Assembly: GCA_051313645.2 (NCBI GenBank)
Contig: JBNRSN020000026.1
Location: 78,120,001 to 78,184,000 of the forward strand
Direction: 5' to 3'
DNA length: 64,000 nucleotides
Source: Centroscyllium fabricii
Lineage: Eukaryota
Of the stretch, positions 26,372 through 39,342 are shown one piece after another (position 1 is the stretch's first letter; every line of letters starts with the position of its first letter). The notes under the pieces were generated by a model. The model was not told the origin of the DNA. It ran no database searches and worked only from the letters and a program-made list of their open reading frames with translations. The position numbers and the translations under genes are program-made.

Positions 26372-26740
26372 AGTTGAGGAGTACTTTCTTCACCCAGAGG
26401 GTGGGGGGGGGGGGGGGATCTGGAACTCACTACCTGGAAGGGTGGTGGGGGTCTGGAACTCACTACCTGGAAGGGTGGGGGGGGGGTCTGTAACTCACTA
26501 CCTGGAAGGGTGGTGGGGGGGGGTCTGGAACTCACTACCTGGAAGGGTGGGGGGGGGGGGTCTGGAACTCACTACCTGGAAGGGTGGTAGAGGCAGGAAC
26601 CTTCATCACATTTAAAAAGTACTTGGGTATGCACTGGAAGTGCCGTAACTTGGGCTGGAAAGTGGGATTCGGCTGGATAGCTCTTTTTCAGCCGGCATGG
26701 ACACAATGGGTCGAATGGCCGTAAAGGCCTAAGATGCTAT
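26372..26740 (+). mobile_element. CR1 3' fragment containing an internal tandem expansion
   Basis: gagga..ttcttcacccagagggtg..tggaactcactacctg..tttaaaaagtacttgg. Confidence 0.8.
26398..26590. repeat. Five copies of a ~33-39 bp G-rich unit ggtctggaactcactacctggaagggtg(g)n
   Basis: Direct reading. Confidence 0.92.
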
Positions 26741-28726
26741 GATACAATGGGCTGCTTTCCTCTGTGTGTGAACTGCGAGGAAATCCCAAAGCCATTCATA
26801 AAGAGAGATTAAACAAAACTATGCACGAAGAGGAAATCTTCTTGCACAGTGTCTGTGAACAGAAACAAAATGAATTGGACAGACCATTACTACAGGCTTA
26901 TTAAAACAAATCATGTTAGAAACACGTAATATGAAAGTCTCTGATATTTTGTTTTAACTATTATTTTGTCCTCTTCTTTTATTCTTGTTTTCAATCGGAA
27001 TTTTGTTATAAGTTTATTCGTTTATTTTTATGTATTTAGGTACCGAAGAAAATATTTTTCTTGGCAGGTTCATCCTCGGCAAACTGGCGCGTTTCTTTAA
27101 TCCAGAAGTAAAAAGGGAGATTGAAGTATTCATGACGGATCTTTGATATTTAACTTACTCCGTGCCGCTCTCTCCTCAAACCACATTTCCCTTCAAAGCA
27201 TCTTATGCTGTATTTCTGCTGTGGCTGCCTGTCGTGTAAGTTTTCGCCAGACGGGAGCTCACTTGCACAGTACTGCTTTGTTGCAATTGCAATTATTTTG
27301 CCCAGGAGAGAGACTTATGCACCCATTGTGGAGCTACCTTCCCAGCAATAGGGAGCGCCACAGGCGCATTAGACAGCGCAGTTCAATTCTATCCACCTCA
27401 AACCCATGCGACGCGGCGAGACATGCGGAGAGTGCCTTACTCTGGAACTAAAATCGGGCCCTGATTCTGAATTTAGTAGCACTGAAAAATGTTTCCCTTT
27501 TGCAGTACAGACGTGGTAAAGACCTATTTCTTCCAGGATACTCTGGGTTCCGTCCCTTAATCACTCCATTAGGCGAGAGATGTTCCAATAATGTAACTCG
27601 GTTTCTCTGTTTTCTATATTAAGGATTTAGCAGTGAAATGCCACCGTTATATGTTTACAATGCCTCAGACTTGAACGTCCCGGGCTCTTTAAAACGCTGC
27701 CGATTGACAGGTACAATTCAGGTGTAGGTGTGCGAGTTAGATTCGAGCTTCCGAGGTTTTGCACAAATTCCCAGGGTATAAAAACTTCTCTTTCTGGTAA
27801 TTTAATATTTCAGGAAGAGATTTGAAACAAGACATTTCGCTCTCTTGTCGTGTGTGTGTGTGGTGGTGGGGTGGGGTGGGGGGGGGGGGGGGGGCGAATA
27901 CTAAAGGGTAATCTGAAAATTACGAATTGAAACGTTGTAATTTTACTCCTTCTAACACACGTTTAACGTTCATTAGTTGTAACTGATAGACTTAATGATA
28001 TAAAAAAATTGCAACTTTTTTAATACATCAGATATAAACTCTAATGTTTTATGTTTTTATGATCTAACTAATTTTCTTCCTCGTTCTGGGAATTTATTTT
28101 AGTTTTATAAATAAAGGACATGGCTACAGCACTGAATATTTTAAAACTACCATTTTTTTGAAAATGTTGCTCATCTGACTTTTTGGTCCATGTCCATTCG
28201 AGGTAAACTCACAACCGAATCAAACACAGGTTGTTCTGCAGACACAGAGAACGCTCCCTGTATACGTGTGCAGCGACCAGCTCCAAATTGATACTGTACG
28301 TCGAATGTTCTCGTCGTACCGCCACATATTTAGCAATTGCTGTGTTTCATTGACTCAGACAGATTGGACAGGCCAGGTTACCAGTGCCTTTCACCAGCAC
28401 GGTTCACCAGTTTAATCGCGTAGGTGTCAAATAATGGACCCGCACAGACACGTCAATCGCCTTCAGAAAAAGGAGGAGGCTGACATTTCGGTGTGAACCT
28501 CAGAACCGGGTCTGTGTCTATTTTAGGTTTCCGGCGTTGTCTTTTTATTTGAAAGAAGACAAAGAAAAACTCGTAATTTTATAAAATATTATCGCGTTTC
28601 CCAGAAGCGCCTCAGCGCGTTTCATGAATTGCTGTGCTGTGCGGTGACTCGTTCGTATGTAAGTTCGCATCGTTTGTGTACAAATAAAATGAATTTTCAG
28701 TGCTTTCAATTCGCTTATATTGAATA

Positions 28727-29280
28727 CTGTACCGGGAATACAATGTAATGAATATAAACTGTACCGGGAATACAATGTAATGAATATAAACTGTACCGAG
28801 AATACAATGTAATGAATATAAACTGTACCGGGAATACAATGTAATGAATATAAACTGTACCGAGAATACAATGTAATGAATATAAACTGTACAGGGAATA
28901 CAATGTACTGATTGGGGGTCATACAGGGAATACAATGTACGAAATATAAGTCATACAGGGAATACAGGGTACGAAATATAAGTCATACAGGGAATACAAT
29001 GTACGAAATATAAGTCATACAGGAAATACAGGGTACGAAATATAAGTCATGCAGGGAATACAATGTACGAAATATAAGTCATACAGGGAATACAATGTAC
29101 GAAATATAAGAAATACCGTGAATAGAAAGTACTGAATATAAGAAAGACCGGCAATACAATGTACGAAATATAAGTCATACAGGGAATACAATGTACGAAA
29201 TATAAGTCATACAGGGAATACAGGGTACGAAATATAAATACCGTGAATAGAATGTACTGAATATAAGAAAGACCGGCAAT
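28727..29280. repeat. 32-bp minisatellite made of two related sub-arrays
   Basis: Unit A ctgtaccgggaatacaatgtaatgaatataaa (to ~28905); unit B tcatacagggaatacaatgtacgaaatataag (from ~28919). Confidence 0.95.
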
Positions 29281-29369
29281 TATTTAAAAAAAATAAAAAT
29301 GTATCCGGATGCCCAACATGCGAATCACCAAGAAGGGCTTTCCTAAGTCCAGTTAAATGTTATACTTAT

Positions 29370-29486
29370 TTTGTTTGTATTGTTGTTATTGATGTACCAT
29401 TTTTGTAATGCTTTGGCAACAACGGTTGATACCATTCATGCCAATAAAGCTAATTGAATTGAATTGAATTGAATTGAATTGAATTG
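29370..29486 (+). mobile_element. RTE-X-like LINE 3' tail
   Basis: tgctttggcaaca..catgccaataaag-(gaatt)n, same terminal motif as 45040-45110 on the minus strand. Confidence 0.65.
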
Positions 29487-30399
29487 TCCGGTTACATACA
29501 TAGAATGTACAGAACAGAAACAGGCCCTTCGGCCCAGCTGACCCAAGCCGGCGTTTCTGCTTCACTCGGGCCTCCTCCCATCCTCAATTCAACCCATCAG
29601 TATATCCTTCTATTCCTGTCACCCTCAAGTGTTTATCTGGCTGCATTTTAAATACATCTATGGTATTCGTCTCAACTGCTCCCTGTGGGAGCGAGTTCCA
29701 CATTCTCACCATTCACTGAGTAAAGAAGTTCCTCCTGAATTCCTTATTGCATTTATTAGTGGCTGTCTTATATTTATAAAATTATATGATTTAATGGCAT
29801 GTAAGGTAGAGATTTGCAAGCTGAATGTTTATTTATTTGCAGTTTATATGAATGGTGACCATTGACTGCACTCAGTACTGGGTCCAGCTGTACAAAATAT
29901 TAAATGTTTTAGATTCAGTGCTGTGTTTAATGTCTGTATACACTTGCTTAAGACGAATATTACTATTTAGGTCACCGTTGTGACTTAATAATTAATATCA
30001 AACAAATAATTGAATATTTAATGGTTACCAAACAATGTATCTATGACGTTGCTGTCCTAGTCGCTGCACTCGCCCAGGGATGGGAGTCGGGGATGGGCCC
30101 GCGGTTCAGAACCCTGGCCAGCTTCAAGGGTCGTCCCACAAGCCTGTGCAATCAAATACAATCTCGACAACACCCGAGGTGATAACCGTGCCGGCAACAC
30201 AAACTGTCCATTTCACTTTAAACTTTCACTTCAAAAAAATATTTCTTTAAGAACAAGGTTTCACAGCGCCCTGATAGAATGGCCATTTTTGACTTTGGCT
30301 CCCCTCTGTCCTCTCCCAAAAGTGGAAAAAATGTGCAAAATTATTATTTATTGTTATATATACTGCGCATCGAAAACTCCATTATGCATTTAATGTTTC

Positions 30400-31165
30400 A
30401 AAGAAAGACTTGCATTTCTATAGCGCCTTTAACGACCACTGCACGTCTCACAGTGCTTTACAGTCAATGAAGTACTTTTGAAGTGTGGTCACTGTTGTAA
30501 TGTAGGGAACGCGGCAGCCATTTTGCGCACAGCAAGCTCCCACAAACAGCAATATGATAATGGCCCAGATAATCTGTGTTTGTTTCATCCCCTCCCCATG
30601 TCCCAGCCCCCACACAGCCTTTTGTTTCATTTCCTGCCTTCTCTCTTAGTTCTCTTGAAGGGTTCTGACCCGAAACGTTAACTCTGTTTGATTGAATATG
30701 TGGGGTTACGGGGATAGGGTGGGATATGTGTCGGTGCAGGCTCGATAGGGATATGGGGACGGGGCAGGGACAGGGTGCTGGGTTTGGATGATCAGCCATG
30801 ATCTCATTGAATGGTGGAGCAGGCTCGAAGGGCCGAATGGCCAACTCCTGCTCCTGTCTTCTATGTTTCTATGTTTCTCTCGCCACCGATGCTGCCTGGT
30901 CTGCTGAGTTTTTCCATAATGTGTTTTTCCAGCGTTTTCTGTTGTTATTTCGGATTTCCAGCAACCGCAGTATTTTAATATCGAATCTGTTTTTGTTATG
31001 TTGATTGAGGGATATATATTGTCCAGGACATCAGGGAGAACTCCCCTGCTCTTCTTCAAACTAGCGCCATGGGATCTTTTACGTCCACCTGAGAGAGCAG
31101 TTTAACGTCTCATCCGAAGAGCGGCACCTCCGACAGTGCAGCCCTCCCTCAGCACGGCACTGGAG
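30400..31165 (-). mobile_element. Deu-SINE (SacSINE1-like) split by a Penelope fragment (~30585-30983) that is itself split by an HE1 fragment (~30690-30872)
   Basis: Collinear with the intact 45948-46424 copy; aatctgt[g/t]tttgtt repeated at 30571 and 30984. Confidence 0.82.
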
Positions 31166-31699
31166 TTACTATAGTTACACTAGGTCGATAGGAAGTAATT
31201 TCGCTTGGCAGAGGTGCAAAAAAGAGGCACTAGAATTTAGGGGTCACATTGCACGCGCATGTGGCAGTATAACTCGGGCCTGCTGGAGCTCGAATGGAGA
31301 AGGTCGACGCCACAAGTGCCGCCAGCAATTTGCAGTTCGTGTCCCCGCCTGGAGCGGCGCTGCTTTGCTCCAACATGGGATCCTCGGCCTTTTCCACACA
31401 TTCCAATGTTCAATCTATTTGTCCAGACACACACGCGCCATCACAGGATGTCCATGCCACGCTCAGAATCTGGGGGCTGAATCGCTAAAAATATAACAGA
31501 GCTGAATGCCCTTGAAATTCGGGCCGCTGTTCGCTCGGTCCAATGCCCGCAGCCTGAAAGTACAAGTTAATCCAAATAGATCTTTCGGTCACTACTGCGG
31601 TGACACCTTGCACAGCACTTTGATACCTTTGTGTGTCTCTCTCTATGTTACTGATTCTACTATAATCAATTCTCTCTTGAGCTCCATTGCTCCCCATAG

Positions 31700-32065
31700 A
31701 AACAACAACAACTTGCAGTTACCTAGCGCCTTTAACGCAGTAAAACGTACCAAATGCGCTTCACAGGAGTGTAATCAAACAAAATTTGACACCGAACTAC
31801 ATAAAGAGATATTAGTAGAGGTGACCAAAAGCTTGGTCAAAGAGGTAGATTTTAAAGGAGGAGAGAGAGTTGGAGAGGGTTAGAGAGGAGATGCCAGAGC
31901 TTAGGACCCAGGCATCTGAAGGCACGGCCGCCAATGATGAAGCGATAGAAATCCAGAATTGGGGGAGCGCAGAGATCTGGGAAGCTTGTAGGGCTGGAGG
32001 AGGTTATAGAGTTAGTGAGGGGCGATGGCAAACAGAGATTTGAACACAAGGATGACATTTTAAAT
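31700..32065 (-). mobile_element. L2 3' fragment
   Basis: (aac)n tail; ORF 31852-32058 GGRAFRCLGPKLW. Confidence 0.82.
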
Positions 32066-33159
32066 ATATTCTCATTGCATTCACCTTAGAACTTGTTGAT
32101 CTGTCTTCCACTGCCACTCTGTCCTAAGATCTCAAATCTCTGGTAGTCTTTTCCTCCCTCTGTATATTTTGCTCTTGCAATCTAGAAGAACCCACAAACC
32201 AAACTTGATATCAACTAGCGATACTCTTCCTTCTCGCCGTTTTCAACAGCACTACAACCATGTTTATATCATTGGCCTTATTTTAATTCTAATTCCGGAA
32301 GTCCAGAATTGGTGACCTATCTCCCAATCTTTACGCAGCTAAATGATAAATTTGTAGACCCACTTTTTCATGGATCAATAAGCCTTGTCGCTAGGCGAGG
32401 GATTTGCCATTTTTCCTCAATCTGAATTGAATGGCGCCAATAAAAAAACAGTTTGTGATTCTTGGTCCCTCAACCAGGTTTCTCAATAAAATAAAACTCT
32501 ATTAGGATGTGTGAAACGGCTAATTGGGACGAATCTCATTGAATGTTATGCCTATGGGGAAGAAAACATTGATTGGTGTCAACTTTAAAGCGCTTAAATA
32601 AAATATCTTGAGGTAATTCAATATCTGAGTTGAATTCCAATTAAATATGTGCAGTTATTTCAATTACACACTCCTTGCAGAAGTCGATGCATGTAGTTAA
32701 TGGGCTCACACGTAGGAGAAAGGAAGGAAAGATAAGACTGAATATAAAATAATTAGAAGGATTGCAAAATATAGAAAGAGAGAGCAACGAGAAAGATTAA
32801 ACTTGAAAGAAATTAATGGCTACCTATTTTTATGCAAAACGTTTTGGTCAAACGTTTGTTTACCAACACAGAAAGGAATTGGATAAATCATATTATCGTA
32901 TCACTTTGTTGTGACATCATCATGATAAGGGTTACCACTACAGGCAGAAAGAAGTATGTCGAGTAATGCCCCCTCCCCGCCTCCTGCAATCATTGATCCC
33001 CACCTCCAGTCGCACTGCAGTGCACCATCCAAGTGTCGATTATTCATGTGTGAGCCAAGACAATTAGTGCAGGCAGACAATTTCAAACGTGCAGAATTAC
33101 TTCCAAATGTTGCCCACGTCCCAGGTACGTCCACCTTTGGAGGTTTATCCATATTCAAA

Positions 33160-33432
33160 AAAAGACTTGCATTTATATGGCGCCTTTCACGACCACCGAA
33201 CGTCTCAAAGCGCTTTACAGCCAATGAAGTACTTTTGAAGTGTAGTCACTGTTGCAATGTGGGAAACACGGCAGTCAATTTGCGCACAGCAAGCTCCCAC
33301 AAATAGCAATGTGAAATGACCAGATAATCTGATTTAGTGATGTTGGTTGAGGGATAAATATTGGCCCCAGGACACCGGGGAGAACTCCCCTGCTCATCTT
33401 CGAAATATTACCATGGGATCTTTTACGTCCAC
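33160..33432 (-). mobile_element. Deu-SINE 3' half
   Basis: Reverse complement of 46145-46420. Confidence 0.82.
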
Positions 33433-34659
33433 CATATCAACCAGCCATCACTTCTCCAAAAGTTACCTGAACAATTGCCCTCTTACTCACAGATGCACTC
33501 TTCTCTAACACCTCTCCGTTCACCCTGCCCTTCAGGCTTCTATTCAGCAATGCACCCTCCCCTCCATTTCTCTCAATTCACACGCGTTCTCCTCCTGTGG
33601 CTTCCCGCTCCACCATCCGAAGGCAGTCTCCCCTGGAACCCACCATTCACAGAGCCATTCCAGTCTACTACAGTCACCGAGTCACTCTTACCCCTAACAC
33701 CCCAGGTCACAGAAGCTCTCTCCTCCTGTAACCCATCTCCCAGTTGACAGAGGCACTCTCTTCCTTTCGCATTCCCAGCTCACCGATGTTTTTTTCACCA
33801 ATTAACCCTACCCTACCCCTTCAATTGCACTCTCTTTCTTTCTTTCTCTCTCTCGCTCTGTCGCCCTCTCTCTTGTCCTCTCCCTCTCTGGCACACTCTC
33901 TCCTCGATGGTCCTCTCACTGCTGGCCCTGACGATCACTCCCATGCGAAACTGTGGCTTCACTGTTAGAACGGACGCTGTAATTTGGTGGGAATTGCGGG
34001 TCTATCAGGAGATTGGGAATTCCTACTTGCAGCCTGCAGCGCGGAGTCTGCTGCTGGAGCAAATCATGAGCATCGAGCTGAGCGCGGACCCGGTAATGAC
34101 AAAGTCAGAGCGGATTGAGATTCTGTTACCTGGGCAGCAAATTGGCTTTTTGAACGTGGTCTTGCGCCAGAATTGCTCGTGTGCGCCCAGGGGATAAAAC
34201 AATCGCCGTTTGTGTTGACTGCATATAGGCCAATGGACTGTGGAGGCCACCACAGCCGAGCACCATTCGGTCCTCAGCTAACATCCACAGACAGACACTG
34301 TCGCCAGGGATCACTGGATTACACTTACCTAACTCTGGGGTATTGTGATGATTGTAGTGTTCTGACTGCTGTCCCGGCTGAACTGTGCTAACTCAGCAGC
34401 GTTTCAATCTTGGTTCTTCCTAGTCTGTCAGGACCCGATCGGAAACTTTACCTTTGCGTAGTAGGGGAAAACCGCGCCAAACTGGGAGTTGAACGAAACC
34501 GTTTCTCCCAGTCTCTGTCCCAATAGGCAGAGTAATAGATAAACATCTAGAGGTAAATTGGATCAGACTGGCAGAGTTATAAAGTGGCATCACTTATCTT
34601 AAGTCCCAACAATATAACGTTGGGAGTAAGGAAGCAAGACACTTGCACTTTTCATCTAC

Positions 34660-35075
34660 AGAAACAACTTGTATTTATACAGCGCCTTCAACATAGTAAA
34701 CCGTCCCAAGGAGCTTCCCAGGAACCACATAAGGAGATATTAGGATAGGTGACCAAGAGCTTGGTAAAAGTGGTATGTTTTAAAGAGAATATTAAAGGAG
34801 GAGAGAGAGGTAGAGAGGGGAAAGTGGTTTAGGGAGGGAATTCCAGATCCTGGGGCTTCGGCAGCTGAAGGCACGGCCGCCAATGGTGGAGCGATTAAAA
34901 TCAGGGATGCGCAAGAGGCCAGAATTGGAGGAGCGCAGATATTTGGGTGATGGTGGTGGTGGTGGTATGGGGTGTGGCGGGGGGGGGGGGGGGGGGGGTG
35001 GTGGAGGAGATTACAAAGATTGGGAAGGGGTGAGGCCATGGAGGGATTTGAACACAAGGATGAGAGTTTTAAAAT
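34660..35075 (-). mobile_element. L2 3' fragment with internal poly(G)
   Basis: Matches 3962-4428. Confidence 0.82.
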
Positions 35076-36861
35076 CTAAAGAGAAATCGAATTGTGGAAT
35101 AAATTAACAGAAGTCATTGAAGCAGAAAGCAAAATTGGGATTAAAGTAGAATTAGATTTATTAGTGGATTGAGTTGGAAGGACATGGTAAAAGGATGGGT
35201 AGGTGGGTTTATTTGCTCGAAGGAAACGGGTTTATTGAGATCTGATGAAGTTTCTAAAAAAATCGTATGTTCTGGTCTTCGGAAAACAGGATTGTGGGGA
35301 ATGTTCCGCTTAAGATAACTGAGGTGTTATGGAAATAAGGAGGAAATATATCTGAGTGGAAGGAGTAATAATAAAACTCAGGACGACTGAGAATGAATGC
35401 TTTCCTACCAAGATATAACAATTGGCAGCTTACTGAATGAGAGAGAGAGAATGCCCTGGCAATCTAACATGGCAATAAAGAAAGATGTCATTTTCAAACT
35501 ATGGTCCAGTTATCGCGACGTCTTTTGCAGTAGACAGTATTAAAGATCATCCGTTTGAATTTATAGGATCAGTTATGTACCCGCTATTTATTTGTGTTAA
35601 TAAGCTGCTTAATAAATTCCCACTTGAACTCAGATGATTTATTCGAAATTGTCTCATTAAATAAAAAGGCTGGTGAATCTCACAGTGACACTGACTTGGG
35701 CAAGTATGCTATTAACACAAAAGTAAAGTGAATCGTAAAGGTCTGGCTATTTACAAGTGTTCAATATCAACATCTCTTTAGACTGCAAGGGTTTTTGAAA
35801 ATGAAAAGCAGGTTTGTGAACTTGTATGCAACGTGGACAATGTCAACGTTGCAGTTTGAGATACCCCGCCCCCCCTCCTCGATGAAGCATACCTGGGCGT
35901 AGAAGGGTAAAATAAAGCTCCTTACAAACTACCTCAACAAGCCCATCAAACGCCCACTCTCAGAAAAGCACCCCTACTGCACCTGCCACCCTTATGGCCT
36001 CATTGGGGGCATAATTGTGGGCATTTGGAGGAGCCCCCTGCAGCCCACCAGGGAGTGGATTGAGACTCATCAAAGTCATTTCACCGTTCCATTCCATCAG
36101 ATCGGACCGAATTTAACCCAGGCCTCAGGGGCGAAATTATAATAATAGCATCGTGCACAAGTCACCAAGCCCTCAATAAGATGCCTTCAAGATATCGCTG
36201 ACCACAGTGACTCATTCTGAAATGTGCATATTAACAGGCCTGTCTTTACAGTATATTTCCTTCCTAGGAAAAATCAATTTCTTATAGGCATTTTAAAACG
36301 CAAGCGATATTACGCCCCTCATAGCAAAGTGTCGTAATGTCTGTAACTTGCTTTCCTTTTACACTAATGGTTAAACTCAAATACAGTTCGATATACAGTC
36401 TGCCAAATTTCTTTCATATTAATCACCGATTGTTTTTTTGTTGTTGACCTACATCTGTACTTGAATGCAATGGTTAGAAATCCTTTCAAAATTAAAACTA
36501 CATGTATTCACTTTCAACAATTAAAATGAAATAAAACATAGAGCGGCACATTCGATGCTGCTTATTTTCGGTATCGTCCTTTAACGTCTCGCCTGGTCGA
36601 TGTAAGGTTTCTACAATTTAAACCCGTGCAGCTCCTGTTTCAGTCAAGTCTTTTTTGTGACTGAGCATAGACGCTTTAATTTTTTCTCAGATTAATCATT
36701 ACCTTTGTCCAACATATTGAAAGAGGAGAGTTAATTGATTCAAGTTAAAGGCGTACCTACTACCTTGAGAGTAGGCCGACCTACTGAGATCTGGGAAAAT
36801 TATTTTAAAGAATGTTAATTATTCAATTGCTTTATTACAGAAGCAACCTGCTAATTTAATG

Positions 36862-37056
36862 TAAGAAGTCACACAACACCAGGTTATAGTCCAACAGTTT
36901 TATTTGAAATCACAAGCTTTCGGAGCGTTGCTCCTTCCTCAGGTGAAGCGCTCCGAAAGCTTGTGATTTCAAATAAAACTGTTGGACTATAACCTGGTGT
37001 TGTGTGACTTCTTGCAATTGTCCACCCCAGTCCAACACCGGCACCTCCACATCATG
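36862..37056. mobile_element. Penelope-like inverted terminal-repeat insertion (family A): perfect 65-bp inverted repeat
   Basis: Arms 36863-36927 and 36949-37013; TSD-like tgctaattt[a/t]atg at 36849 and 37055. Confidence 0.88.
36910..36946 (-). ncRNA. Minimal type I hammerhead ribozyme motif
   Basis: Minus strand tcac-CTGAGGA-a-ggagc/aac/gctcc-GAAA-gc-TT-gtga. Confidence 0.7.
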
Positions 37057-37989
37057 CTAATTTTATGGTATTAAGTGCAGCCAGTAATGCCAAAATCTTC
37101 AATAATGGGGAAAAAAGGTTAACCTGTTGTAATAAACCATTTCCCTGACCTGACATTTTGCACAATTAGCAGCGTTCAGTTATCTGGCGGTACCGATTAC
37201 GCAGCTTAATCTCCCCCGAGATATCAACAATCGCTCATTCATTTCTTCCGTTTTAAACTCAGAGTGCGAGAGGAACACGCACAGCGTGAGCTCATCTATC
37301 CTGGCCAACTTTGTATTTAAGTTGGCAGTTTACATGTTTAATTCAGCATCAAGAAATGCAGTATAAATCTAATTAAATATATGTGCGACAAAGAAAAATG
37401 CTGGGGATGGGAATATTCTTCATTCGGAGAGTACTGATAATAATTGAACATAAGTCGATAGCATTATGCAACATTATGTAACAATTTGTTACCTTATTAC
37501 AGATAAAATATTTGTCCGAAAATGTACTTTTATATGCTATGGCGGCACCAAGCTATTTTATTAAACACGTGTGTTCATTGTTTTCAGATTGCTGATGTCT
37601 TAGTTTCAAACAATCAGTGAAGGCGGTGTTTGTAAATGGGTTTACCGACAGCTTAAAATAAATGCACTGAAGGAAACATTGGCGCATCTGTGTCAAGGTT
37701 ATCCTGTGTTACGTACAGTACTATGGACAGTCAGTGCTAAGCCCTTTTTATACTAATTACTTTGTGCTCATTGTCTGCAAGTGTGTGCAGGGCGCCAAAT
37801 GTGTTCACCTAGTTGTGTATAAATTGTATTTGGACATTATAGAAATATGTTAAATGTAAGGGACCAATAAGGACACCGGAGTACCCTATTAACCACCCAT
37901 TAAAGGTACACAGGTTGATGCGAGGTGGCTATAAGGAAAGCAAATAAGATTTTAGGTTCTAAAGCTAGGACCATTGAGTGTAAGGCATC

Positions 37990-38880
37990 GGTATGTTCGC
38001 ACATGTGGTGTGTCCAGTAATGGTCCGGGCACATGTTGAAGAATAGATATGTCCACACATGTGGTGTGTCTAGTAATGGTCTGAGCACATGTGAAGGATA
38101 GGTATGTTCGCACATGTGGTGTGTCCAGTAATGGTCTGAGCACATGTAAAGGATAGGTATGTCCGCACATGCGGTGTGTCCGGTAATGGTCCGGGCACAT
38201 GTTGAAGAAGGATATGTCCACACATGTGGTGTGTCCGGTAATGGTCTGAGCACATGTTGAAGGATAGGTATGTCCACACATGCGGTGTGTCCGGTAATGG
38301 TCTGAGCACATGTTGAAGAAGGATATGTCCGCACATGTGGTGTGTCTAGTAATGGTCCGGGCACATGTTGAAGGATAGGTATGTCCACACATGTGGTGTG
38401 TCCGGTAATGGTCTGAGCACATGTGAAGGATAGGTATGTCTGCACATGTGGTGTGTCCAGTAATGGTCCGGGCACATGTCGAAGAATAGATATGTCCACA
38501 CATCTGGTGTGTCTATTAATGGTCCGGGCACATGTTGAATGATAGGTATGTCCACACATGTGGTGTGTCCAGTAATGGTCCGGGCACATGTTGAAGAATA
38601 GATATGTCCACACATGTGGTGTGTCTAGTAATGGTCCGGGCACATGTTGAAGGATAGGTATGCTCGCACATGTGGTGTGTCTAGTAATGGTCCGGGCACA
38701 TGTTGAAGGACAGGTATGTTCGTACATGTGGTGTGTCCAGTAATGGTCCAGGCACATGTTGAAGGACAGGTATGTTCGTACATGTGGCATGTCCAGTAAT
38801 GGTCAGGGCACATGTTGAAGGACAGGTATGTTCGCACATGTGGTGTGTCCAGTAATGGTCCGGGCACATGTTGAAGGACA
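37990..38880. repeat. 55-56 bp minisatellite, about 16 copies
   Basis: Unit ggtatgttcgcacatgtggtgtgtccagtaatggtccgggcacatgttgaaggata. Confidence 0.96.
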
Positions 38881-39342
38881 CTGAGGCTCTGGAGTAGGCG
38901 TTGTCGTGGGTGACCAGAATGATGGCCAGGGGAAAGGGTCTGGGTTAAAAGAATAGGCTCCAAGTGTTAGCGCTGTCCACTTTAGAGAACCAGTAGCATA
39001 GAGGGCATATGGCTAGGGATTTTAATATGATGATGGGAGTGGGAGTGGACTCAGGCAGGTTTGATTATGAACGGCAGGAATGTCAGGATGAGATAACATG
39101 TGCACAAAATACATAGGCAGAGGCTCAAGTTAGATGTCAAGAAGTATTTATTTTGGCAGAGAGTTATCGCTCTCTGGAACAGGCTAACTTAACAGGTTCC
39201 TGAATAAAGAGGTCATTTTCAGTTAAAGATGACAAGTCACTGATTAGCCGGGGTTATGAGGAGTTATAGTTAACCACTGTCTCTCGGGGCTTTTCTTGAT
39301 TGTCTCAGGGAGTCAGGGGGAGATGCTAGAGCGTTTCTGGGT

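Noticed and set aside
33907-34391. CpG-rich overlapping short ORFs
   Set aside because: No recognisable domain or splice structure
27345-36045. CTCF-like motifs at 27345-27358 and 36031-36044
   Set aside because: About 11 of 14 consensus positions; cannot be distinguished from chance without ChIP or conservation
37900-38963. Cys/His-rich ORFs or a CRISPR-like array
   Set aside because: Head-to-tail minisatellite without unique spacers; eukaryotic context; no cas genes
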